A stretch of 32,689 nucleotides of DNA from a virus (lineage: Duplodnaviria; Heunggongvirae; Uroviricota; Caudoviricetes), in IMG/VR virus record IMGVR_UViG_2859783438_000003; one strand, 5' to 3'. The notes beneath the pieces are model-generated. The model was not told where the DNA came from, made no database searches, and worked only from the letters and a program-made list of their open reading frames with translations. The position numbers were made by a program, and so were the translations under genes. Below, one piece after another: positions 15,101 to 24,975 of the stretch; positions within the stretch are counted from its first letter, which is position 1, and every line of letters starts with the position of its first letter.

Positions 15101-18008
15101 TCTTGTTATTGACCTGAGTCTGGATGCTGTCCGTTTCGATGAGCAGATGAGCCGGGTAAGGCGTCATTTTTCAGGTCTGGATACCGACGCCAGAAAAACC
15201 GCCAGTGCTGTTGAACAGGGCCTGAGCCGCCAGGCGCTGGCTGCACAAAAAGCCGGGATTTCCGTCGGGCAGTATAAAGCGGCCATGCGAACCCTGCCCG
15301 CACAGTTTACGGATATCGCCACGCAGCTTGCCGGTGGTCAGAATCCCTGGCTGATCCTGCTGCAACAGGGCGGTCAGGTGAAGGACTCCTTCGGCGGGAT
15401 GATCCCCATGTTCAGGGGGCTTGCCGATGCGATCACCCTGCCGATGGTCGGGGTCACCTCGCTGGCGGTGGCGACAGGTGCACTGGTGTACGCCTGGTAC
15501 CAGGGAGATTCCACGCTTTCAGCGTTTAATAAAACCCTGGTTCTTTCCGGTAATCAGTCCGGACTGACTGCCGATCGTATGCTGACTCTCTCAAGAGCCG
15601 GGCAGGCAGCAGGGCTGACGTTTAACCAGGCGAGAGAGTCACTGGCAGCCCTGGTGAATGCCGGTGTGCGTGGTGGTGAACAGTTTGATGCCATCAACCA
15701 GAGTGTCGCGCGTTTTGCGTCTGCATCCGGTGTGGAGGTGGATAAAGTCGCTGAAGCCTTCGGGAAGCTGACCACTGACCCGACGTCGGGACTGATGGCG
15801 ATGGCGCGCCAGTTCCGTAACGTGACGGCAGAGCAGATTGCGTATGTTGCACAGCTGCAGCGTTCCGGAGACGAGGCCGGGGCATTGCAGGCGGCGAACG
15901 ATATCGCCACGAAAGGCTTTGATGAGCAGACCCGTCGCCTGAAAGAAAACATGGGAACACTGGAGACCTGGGCGGATAAAACAGGGAAGGCATTCAAATC
16001 GATGTGGGATGCCATTCTGGATATCGGTCGTCCGGAATCCTCAGCGGATATGCTCGCCAGTGCGCAGAAGGCATTTGATGAGGCGGATAAAAAATGGCAG
16101 TGGTACCAGAGTCGGAGCCAGCGCCGCGGTAAAACCTCCTCTTTCCGGGCCAACCTTCAGGGCGCATGGGATGACCGGGAAAATGCCCGTCTGGGTCTGG
16201 CAGCGGCAACGCTGCAGTCGGATATGGAAAAAGCCGGTGAACTGGCGGCAAGGGACAGGGCTGAGCGTGAGTCGTCACAGCTGAAGTATACCGGAGAGGC
16301 GCAGAAGGCGTATGAGCGCCTGCTGACGCCACTGGAGAATGCAGTCGGATATGGAAAAAGCCGGTGAACTGGCGGCAAGGGACAGGGCTGAGCGTGAGTC
16401 GTCACAGCTGAAGTATACCGGAGAGGCGCAGAAGGCGTATGAGCGCCTGCTGACGCCACTGGAGAAATATACCGCCCGGCAGGAAGAGCTGAATAAGGCC
16501 CTGAAAGACGGGAAAATCCTGCAGGCGGATTACAACACGCTGATGGCGTCGGCAAAAAAGGATTATGAGTCGACGCAGAAAAAGCCGTCCGGTGTGAAGG
16601 TGTCTGCCGGTGAGCGCCAGGAAGACCAGGCGCATGCAGCCCTGCTGGCGCTTGAAACTGAGCTCAGGACGCTGGAGAAGCACAGCGGTGCGAATGAAAA
16701 AATCAGCCAGCAGCGCCGTGATTTATGGAAAGCGGAAAATCAGTATGTNNNNNNNNNNNNNNNNNNNNNNNNNNNNNNNNNNNNNNNNNNNNNNNNNNNN
16801 NNNNNNNNNNNNNNNNNNNNNNNNNNNNNNNNNNNNNNNNNNNNNNNNAAGACCAGGCGCATGCAGCCCTGCTGGCGCTTGAAACTGAGCTCAGGACGCT
16901 GGAGAAGCACAGCGGTGCGAATGAAAAAATCAGCCAGCAGCGCCGTGATTTATGGAAAGCGGAAAATCAGTATGTGGTCCTGAAAGAGGCCGCCACGAAA
17001 CGGCAGTTATCTGAGCAGGAAAAATCCCTGCTGGCCCATGAGAAAGAAACGCTGGAGTACAAACGCCAGCTGGCTGAGCTGGGCGACAAGATTGAACACC
17101 AGAAACGGCTGAATGAGCTGGCACAGCAGGCGGCGCGGTTTGAACAGCAGCAGAGCGCGAAGCAGGCGGCAATCAGCGCAAAAGCCCGCGGACTCACCGA
17201 CCGTCAGGCGCAGCGGGAGTCGGAAGAGCAGCGCCTTCGTGAGGTGTACGGTGATAATCCGGCTGCGCTGGCGAAGGCCACATCTGCACTGAAGAACACC
17301 TGGTCTGCGGAGGAGCAGCTTCGTGGAAGCTGGATGGCCGGGATGAAGTCCGGCTGGGGCGAGTGGGCGGAAAGTGCGACGGACAGTTTTTCGCAGGTTA
17401 AAAACGCGGCCACGCAGACCTTTGACGGTATTGCACAGAATATGGCAGCGATGCTGATCGGCAGCGAACAGAACTGGCGTGGTTTCACCCGTTCTGTGCT
17501 GTCCATGCTGACAGAGATTTTTCTGAAGCAGGCGATGGTGGGGATAGTCGGGAGTATCGGCAGCGCCATTGGCGGTGCTTTCGGTGGTGGTGCGTCTGCC
17601 TCCACGGGGACGGCCATTCAGGCTGCGGCGGCGAACTTCCATTTCGCGACCGGGGGATTTACGGGGACGGGGGGTAAATATGAACCTGCGGGGATTGTTC
17701 ATCGCGGGGAGTTTGTCTTCACGAAGGAGGCGACCAGCCGGATTGGTGTCGGCAATCTGTACCGCCTGATGCGGGGCTATGCGGAAGGTGGTTATGTCGG
17801 CGGTGCCGGAAGTCCGGCGCAGATGCGGCGGGCGGAAGGCATTAATTTTAATCAGAACAATCACGTGGTGATTCAGAACGACGGCCCCAACGGGCGGGCA
17901 GGGCCGCAGCTGATGAAAGCGGTGTATGAGATGGCCCGCAAGGGGGCACAGGATGAACTCCGGCTGCAGTTGCGTGATGGCGGTATGTTATCAGGGAGCG
18001 GTGGATGA
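15081..18008 (+). CDS. H: tail tape measure protein H (reading frame broken in this assembly)
   Basis: N-terminus MSQPVGDLVIDLSLDAVRFDEQMSRVRRHFSG and C-terminus ...NNHVVIQNDGPNGRAGPQLMKAVYEMARKGAQDELRLQLRDGGMLSGSGG resemble lambda gpH; split into three track ORFs by a 125-bp tandem duplicate and an N gap. Confidence 0.8.
16214..16463 (+). repeat. 125-bp tandem duplication inside H (16214..16338 and 16339..16463) that shifts the frame
   Basis: Two adjacent near-identical copies differing by one base at the junction; the frame-0 ORF stops at 16367 and a frame-1 ORF restarts at 16339. Confidence 0.8.
16749..16848. other. assembly gap (100 N) inside H, flanked by an identical 127-bp direct repeat (16622..16748 and 16849..16975)
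   Basis: The 127 bases before and after the N run read identically, typical of overlapping contig ends that were not merged. Confidence 0.85.
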
Positions 18009-18334
18009 AAACCTTTCGCTGGAAAGTGAAGCCGGATATGGAGGTGAACTCGCAGCCATCGGTGCGTGAAGTGCGTTTTGGTGACGGGTACTCACAGCGT
18101 ATGGCGGCAGGGCTGAATGCTGACCTGAAAACATACAGGGTGACGCTTTCCGTGACCCGGGAGGAGGCCCGGCATCTGGAAGCGTTCCTGGCAGAGCACG
18201 GTGGCTGGAAGGCATTTTTGTGGAAGCCACCCTATGCATACCGGCAGATAAAGGTGACCTGTGCCGGGTGGTCTGCGCGGGTCGGGATGTTGCGCGTTGA
18301 GTTCAGCGCGGAGTTTAAGCAGGTGGTGAACTGA
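18005..18334 (+). CDS. M: minor tail protein M
   Basis: MKTFRWKVKPDMEVNSQPSVREVRFGDGYSQR...RVEFSAEFKQVVN resembles lambda gpM. Confidence 0.9.
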   Translation: MKTFRWKVKPDMEVNSQPSVREVRFGDGYSQRMAAGLNADLKTYRVTLSVTREEARHLEAFLAEHGGWKAFLWKPPYAYRQIKVTCAGWSARVGMLRVEFSAEFKQVVN

Positions 18335-19032
18335 TGCAGGATATTCGCGAAGAAAGTCTGAACGAGTCGGTTAAGTCAGAGCAGTCACCGCGGGTGGTAC
18401 TCTGGGAAATCGACCTGACGGTACAGGGTGGTGAGCGGTATTTTTTCTGTAATGAGCTGAATGAAAAAGGGGAGCCGGTCACCTGGCAGGGGCGTAAGTA
18501 TGAGGCATACCCGATTGACGGCAGCGGCTTTGAGATGAACGGCCGGGGCAGCAGTGCCAGACCGTCGCTGACGGTGTCCAATCTGTTCGGTCTGGTCACC
18601 GGGATGGCGGAAGACCTGCAGAGTCTGGTGGGGGCCACGGTGGTCCGCCGCCGGGTGTATGCCCGTTTTCTGGATGCGGTGAATTTCGTTGCGGGCAATC
18701 CGGAGGCGGACCCGGAGCAGGAGCTGAGTGACCGCTGGGTGGTGGAGCAGATGTCGCAGCTGACAGCCATGACGGCCTCGTTTGTGCTGGCTACACCGAC
18801 CGAGACGGACGGGGCGCTGTTTCCCGGTCGCATCATGCTGGCGAACACCTGTATGTGGGATTACCGGGGAGATGAATGCGGGTATAACGGTCCTGCGGTG
18901 GCGGATGAGTTCGACAACCCCACCACGGATATCCGTAAGGACAGATGCAGCAAGTGCATGCGCGGGTGTGAACTGCGCAGGAATGTCGGCAATTTTGGCG
19001 GTTTCCTTTCCATTAATAAACTTTCGCAGTAA
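18334..19032 (+). CDS. L: minor tail protein L
   Basis: MQDIREESLNESVKSEQSPRVVLWEIDL... and Cys-rich C-terminus resemble lambda gpL. Confidence 0.85.
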   Translation: MQDIREESLNESVKSEQSPRVVLWEIDLTVQGGERYFFCNELNEKGEPVTWQGRKYEAYPIDGSGFEMNGRGSSARPSLTVSNLFGLVTGMAEDLQSLVGATVVRRRVYARFLDAVNFVAGNPEADPEQELSDRWVVEQMSQLTAMTASFVLATPTETDGALFPGRIMLANTCMWDYRGDECGYNGPAVADEFDNPTTDIRKDRCSKCMRGCELRRNVGNFGGFLSINKLSQ

Positions 19033-19042
19033 ATCCCGGTTT

Positions 19043-19786
19043 ATGACACAGACTGAATCAGCGATTCTGGCACATGCCCGGCGGTGTGCGCCTGCGGAGT
19101 CGTGCGGCTTCGTGATAAGCACGCCGGAGGGGGAGCGGTATATCCCTTGTGTGAATATTTCCGCAGAGCCGGAGGCGTATTTTCGTATCGCACCGGAAGA
19201 CTGGCTGCGGGCAGAGATGCAGGGGGAGATTGTGGCACTGGTCCACAGTCATCCCGGTGGGCTGCCCTGGCTGAGCGAGGCTGACCGGCGGTTGCAGATA
19301 AAAAGCGCACTGCCCTGGTGGTTGGTCTGCCGGGGTGACATTCACAAATTCCGCTGTGTGCCACATCTGACAGGACGGCGCTTTGAGCACGGGGTGACGG
19401 ACTGTTACACGCTGTTCCGGGATGCTTATCATCTGGCGGGGACTGAAATGCCGGATTTTCATCGCGAGGATGACTGGTGGCGCAACGGTCAGAACCTTTA
19501 CCTGGACAATATGGCGGTCACCGGCTTTTACCGGGTGCCCCTGTCCTCTGCACAGGCGGGCGATATTCTGCTGTGCTGCTTTGGTGCTTCGGTACCGAAC
19601 CATGCCGCCATTTACTGCGGCAACGGTGAGCTGCTTCACCATCTGCCTGAACAACTGAGTAAACGGGAGAGGTATTCCGAAAAATGGCAACGACGAACGC
19701 ATTCAGTCTGGCGTCACCGCCACTGGCACGCATCTGCCTTCACGGGGATTTACAACGATTTGGCCGCCGCCTCAGCCTGTATGTGA
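19043..19786 (+). CDS. K: tail assembly protein K (NlpC/P60-like)
   Basis: MTQTESAILAHARRCAPAESCGFVISTPEGERY... with conserved Cys and His; 3' end overlaps I and may run long. Confidence 0.75.
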   Translation: MTQTESAILAHARRCAPAESCGFVISTPEGERYIPCVNISAEPEAYFRIAPEDWLRAEMQGEIVALVHSHPGGLPWLSEADRRLQIKSALPWWLVCRGDIHKFRCVPHLTGRRFEHGVTDCYTLFRDAYHLAGTEMPDFHREDDWWRNGQNLYLDNMAVTGFYRVPLSSAQAGDILLCCFGASVPNHAAIYCGNGELLHHLPEQLSKRERYSEKWQRRTHSVWRHRHWHASAFTGIYNDLAAASACM

Positions 19787-20362
19787 ACACGGCAGCGGAA
19801 GCCATTCGCGCCCTGTCGATGCAGATGCCGGGCTTTCGCCGTCAGATGAACGAAGGCTGGTACCAGATACGTATTGCCGGTTATGACACGGCACCGGAGG
19901 CGGTGTACGCCCGTCTTCACGAACAGCTGGGTGAGGGAACGGTCATCCACATTGTGCCGCGACTGGCCGGGGCCGGAAAGGGTGGACTGCAGATTGTGCT
20001 GGGGGCGGCAGCATCGTGGGCTCTTTCTTCACTGCCGGGGCATCAATGGCGTTATGGGGTTCAGCCTGGCAGCCGGTGGTTTTTCTGCCACCACGATGCT
20101 GTTTTCACTTGGAGCCAGCATGATTCTGGGCGGTGTGGCCCAGATGCTGGCCCCGAAGGCAAAAACACCGGATTACCGCGCAACGGATAACGGCAGACAG
20201 AACACGTACTTTTCCTCACTGGATAACATGATTGCCCAGGGGAACCCGATGCCGGTGCCTTACGGGGAAATGCTGGTTGGCTCCCGCCGTATATCCCAGG
20301 ACATCAGCACCCGTGATGAAGGCGGGGGCGGAAAGGTCGTGGTTATCGGGCGGCAGGGGTAA
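19684..20362 (+). pseudogene. I: tail assembly protein I, with two apparent frameshifts (about 19995..20060)
   Basis: Lambda gpI-like sequence is spread over three frames: MATTNAFSLASPPLARICLHGDLQRFGRR... then IVGSFFTAGASMALWG then GFSLAAGGFSATTMLFSLGASMILGGVAQMLAPKAKTPDYRATDNGRQNTYFSSLDNM...VVVIGRQG. Confidence 0.6.
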
Positions 20363-20705
20363 AAAGAATAAAAAAATCCCGCAGTGATCGCGGACAGGAA
20401 CTGCGGGAGAGTTACGAAGATTAAGTGTAAGGAATTATTCTTATATCACGACAAAAAAATTAACGCAGAGAAATTATACGCGCCACAGTCAGTTTGTGAA
20501 AATGTGAAGATATTCAGAATTTTTATGCCATTACCGGTTTTAACCAACAGGATTATCGGTGGGCATGAAAGAAAACCCCGGTATCTGCTGATACCGGGGT
20601 TTCTCTTTAGCATGGCAGAAATGTGTTTCATGCTTTTCGGGCGAAGGATATCCGACTTCTGTACGGAATGGCAAGTGGCGGTTAATTTATTCAGGGGAAG
20701 GCTGT

Positions 20706-23700
20706 ATGGGAAAAGGTGGCGGTAAGGCACACACGCCTCGTGAGGCGAAGGATAATCTCAAATCCACGCAGATGATGAGCGTGATTGATGCGATTGGTGA
20801 GGGACTGATAGAAGGTCCGGTGAAGGGACTGCAGAGTATCCTGGTGAACAAAACCCCGCTGACGGACACGGACGGTAATCCCGTGATACACGGTGTGACG
20901 GCGGTCTGACGCGCCGGGGAGCAGGAGCAGACACCACCGGAAGGCTTTGAGTCCTCCGGTGCTGAAACCGGACTGGGCGTGGAAGTGACGAAGGCAAAAC
21001 CGGTGACGCGCACCATTACGTCCGCGAACATTGACCGCCTGCGGGTTACCTTCGGGGTGCAGTCACTGGTGCAGACCACGTCAAAGGGTGACCGAAACCC
21101 GACATCCGTCCGCCTGCTGATTCAGTTACAGCGTAACGGTAACTGGGTGACAGAAAAGGATGTCACCATTAACGGCAAGACCACCTCGCAGTTTCTGGCG
21201 TCGGTGATTCTGGATAATCTGCCTCCCCGTCCTTTTAACATCCGGATGGTCCGGGAGACAGCGGACAGCACCACGGACCAGCTGCAGAATAAGACGCTGT
21301 GGTCGTCATACACCGAAATCATCGATGTGAAACAGTGCTACCCGAACACGGCCATTGTGGGGCTGCAGGTGGATGCGGAGCAGTTCGGCGGCCAGCAGAT
21401 GACGGTGAACTACCATATCCGCGGTCGCATCATCCAGGTGCCGTCAAACTATGACCCGGAAAAACGCACGTACAGTGGTATCTGGGACGGCAGCCTGAAA
21501 CCGGCATACAGCAACAATCCGGCCTGGTGTCTGTGGGACATGCTGACTCACCCGCGCTACGGCATGGGAAAACGTCTGGGGGCGGCGGATGTGGACAAGT
21601 GGGCGCTGTATGCCATCGGGCAGTACTGCGACCAGACGGTCCCGGATAGTTTCGGGGAGACCGAGCCGCGGATGACCTTCAATGCGTACCTGGCACAACA
21701 GCGTAAGGCATGGGACGTGCTCAGTGATTTCTGCTCGGCGATGCGCTGTATGCCGGTATGGAACGGCCAGACGCTGACGTTTGTTCAGGACCGCCCGTCG
21801 GATGTGGTGTGGCCGTACACCAACAGCGATGTGGTGGTGGATGATAACGGCGTGGGTTTCCGCTACAGCTTCAGTGCCCTGAAGGACCGGCACACGGCGG
21901 TGGAGGTGAATTATACCGACCCGCAGAACGGCTGGCAGACCTCCACGGAACTGGTGGAAGACCCGGAAGCCATACTGCGCTACGGACGCAACCTGCTGAA
22001 GATGGACGCGTTCGGCTGTACCAGCCGCGGTCAGGCCCACCGTGCCGGACTGTGGGTGATAAAGACCGAACTGCTGGAAACGCAGACGGTGGATTTCACG
22101 CTCGGGTCTCAGGGGCTGCGGCACACACCCGGTGACATCATTGAAATCTGTGATAACGACTATGCCGGGACCCTGACCGGCGGACGTGTCCTGTCCATTG
22201 ATGCTGCCACCCGCACTCTGACGCTGGACCGTGAAGTGACACTTCCGGAGACCGGTGCCGCCACGGTGAACCTGATTAACGGCAGCGGTAAGCCGGTGAG
22301 TGTGGACATCACCGAACACCCCGCGCCGGACCGGATACAGGTCAGTACCCTGCCTGATGGTGTGGAGACATACGGGGTGTGGGGACTCTCCCTGCCGTCA
22401 CTGCGCCGTCGCCTGTTCCGCTGTGTCTCCGTCCGGGAAAACACGGACGGCACCTTTGCCATCACGGCGGTGCAGCACGTACTGGAAAAAGAAGCCATCG
22501 TGGATAACGGTGCCCGCTTTGAGCCGCAGTCAGGTTCCCTGAACAGCGTCATCCCACCGGCAGTGCAGCACCTGACGGCCAGTATCTGGCGCAGGCGAAA
22601 TGGGACACGCCGCGGGTGGTGAAGGGTGTGCGCTTCAGTCTGCGCCTGACCAGTGGTAAGGGAACGGATGCCAGACTGGTGACCACCGCCATCACCGCAG
22701 ACACGGAGCACCGTTTCAGCGGCCTGCCGCTCGGGGAATACACCCTGACGGTGCGGGCGATAAACAGCTATGGCCAGCAGGGTGAACCTGCCACCACCAC
22801 CTTCCGGATTGCCGCACCGGCAGCACCGTCGCGGATTGAGCTGACGCCGGGCTATTTTCAGATAACCGCAACGCCGCATCTTGCCGTTTATGACCCGACG
22901 GTACAGTTTGAGTTCTGGTTCTCGGAAAAGCGGATTGCGGATATCAGGCAGGTTGAAACCAGCGCCCGCTATCTTGGCACGGCGCTGTACTGGATAGCCG
23001 CCAGTATCAATATCAAACCGGGCCATGATTATTATTTTTACGTTCGCAGTGTGAACACCGTTGGCAAATCGGCATTCGTGGAGGCTGTCGGTCGGGCGAG
23101 CGATGATGCGGAAGGTTACCTGGATTTTTTCAAAGGAGAGATAGGGAAAACACATCTGGCTCAGGAGCTGTGGACGCAGATTGATAACGGTCAGCTTGCG
23201 CCTGACCTGGCTGAAATCAGGACGTCCATTACGGATGTCAGCAATGAAATCACGCAGACTGTCAATAAGAAACTGAAAGACCAGAGTGCGGCAATCCAGC
23301 AGATACAGAAGGTTCAGGTTGATACAAATAATAATCTGAACAGCATGTGGGCTGTGAAGCTGCAACAGATGAAGGACGGACGCCTTTATATTGCGGGTAT
23401 CGGTGCCGGTATTGAGAATACGCCAGCAGGAATGCAGAGTCAGGTGCTGCTGGCGGCAGACAGGATTGCGATGATTAATCCTGCGAATGGCAACACAAAG
23501 CCGATGTTTGTTGGTCAGGGCGATCAGATATTCATGAACGACGTGTTCCTGAAACGCCTGACGGCTCCCACCATTACCAGCGGCGGTAATCCTCCGGCAT
23601 TTTCCCTGACACCGGACGGAAAACTGACCGCTAAAAATGCAGATATCAGTGGCAGTGTGAATGCGAACGCCGGGACGCTCAACAATGTCACAATTAATGA

Positions 23701-24157
23701 GAACTGTCAGATTAAGGGGAAACTGTCAGCCAACCAGATTGAAGGCGATATAGTCAAAACAGTGGGTAAGGCTTTTCCGCGGGACTCCCGGGCACCGGAG
23801 CGGTGGCCATCAGGGACCATTACCGTCAGGATTTATGACGATCAGCCTTTTGACAGGCAAATTGTTATTCCGGCGGTGGCATTCAGCGGCGCTAAACATG
23901 AGCGGGAGAATAACGATATTTATTCGTCATGCCGCCTGATAGTACGGAAAAACGGTGCTGAAATTTATAACCGTACCGCGCTGGATAATACGCTGATTTA
24001 CAGTGGTGTTATTGATATGCCAGCTGGTCGCGGCCACATGACGCTGGAGTTTTCGGTGTCAGCATGGCTGGTGAATAACTGGTATCCCACAGCAAGTATC
24101 AGCGATTTGCTGGTTGTGGTGATGAAGAAAGCCACCGCAGGCATCAGTATCAGCTGA
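20706..24157 (+). pseudogene. J: tail tip / central fibre protein J, with an in-frame TGA at 20907..20909 and a frameshift near 22570..22620
   Basis: MGKGGGKAHTPREAKDNLKSTQMMSVIDAIGEG... closely resembles lambda gpJ; stop replaces the residue before RAGEQEQTPPEGFE in the same frame; later PPAVQHLTA in frame 0 continues as [24 protein letters not shown] in frame 2. Confidence 0.7.
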
Positions 24158-24175
24158 ATTTTATAACCCATATAC

Positions 24176-24203
24176 GGGCGCCAGAAATGGCGCCTTTTTT
24201 ATT
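24176..24203 (+). terminator. intrinsic terminator after J
   Basis: Hairpin gggcgcc-agaaat-ggcgcc followed by ttttttatt. Confidence 0.6.
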
Positions 24204-24224
24204 GCAGAAAAGCGAGAGGTAATT

Positions 24225-24824
24225 ATGCGTAAAGTTTGTGCAGCCATTTTGTCCGCAGCCATCTGTCTGTCCGTATCCGGTGCGCCTGCATGGGCGTCTG
24301 AACATCAGTCCACACTGAGCGCGGGGTATCTTCATGCCCGTACGAACGCTCCCGGCAGCGATAATCTGAACGGGATTAACGTGAAATACCGTTATGAGTT
24401 TACGGACGCGCTGGGGCTGATTACGTCCTTCAGTTATGCCAATGCTGAGGATGAGCAAAAAACGCACTACAGCGATACCCGCTGGCATGAAGATTCCGTG
24501 CGTAACCGCTGGTTCAGCGTGATGGCGGGGCCGTCTGTACGCGTGAATGAATGGTTCAGCGCGTATGCGATGGTGGGTGTGGCTTACAGCCGTGTGTCGA
24601 CTTTCTCCGGGGATTATCTCCGCGTAACTGACAACAAGGGGAAAACGCACGATGTGCTGACCGGAAGTGATGACGGTCGCCACAGCAACACGTCTCTGGC
24701 GTGGGGGGCTGGCGTGCAGTTTAACCCGACCGAATCCGTGACCATTGACCTTGCTTATGAAGGTTCCGGTAGTGGTGACTGGCGAACGGATGCATTTATT
24801 GTTGGTATCGGATACCGTATCTGA
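24225..24824 (+). CDS. lom: Lom outer-membrane protein (Ail/OmpX family)
   Basis: Signal peptide MRKVCAAILSAAICLSVSGAPAWA; INVKYRYEFTD and C-terminal YEGSGSGDWRTDAFIVGIGYRI resemble lambda Lom. Confidence 0.85.
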   Translation: MRKVCAAILSAAICLSVSGAPAWASEHQSTLSAGYLHARTNAPGSDNLNGINVKYRYEFTDALGLITSFSYANAEDEQKTHYSDTRWHEDSVRNRWFSVMAGPSVRVNEWFSAYAMVGVAYSRVSTFSGDYLRVTDNKGKTHDVLTGSDDGRHSNTSLAWGAGVQFNPTESVTIDLAYEGSGSGDWRTDAFIVGIGYRI

Positions 24825-24930
24825 CAACAGACGCCGATTTATCTTCTGTAAATATTGTTATGATACGCAGGTTCATCCACCTTATGGGGTGAACTGCGTT
24901 TGAGGAAACGTAAAGTTACACTGTCCTGAA

Positions 24931-24961
24931 GCCCGTGGCGTCACTGCTGCGGGCTTTTTTT
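24931..24961 (+). terminator. possible intrinsic terminator after lom
   Basis: gcccg...cgggc stem followed by ttttttt; loop is long. Confidence 0.35.
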
Positions 24962-24975
24962 ATTGGTGGAAAAGT

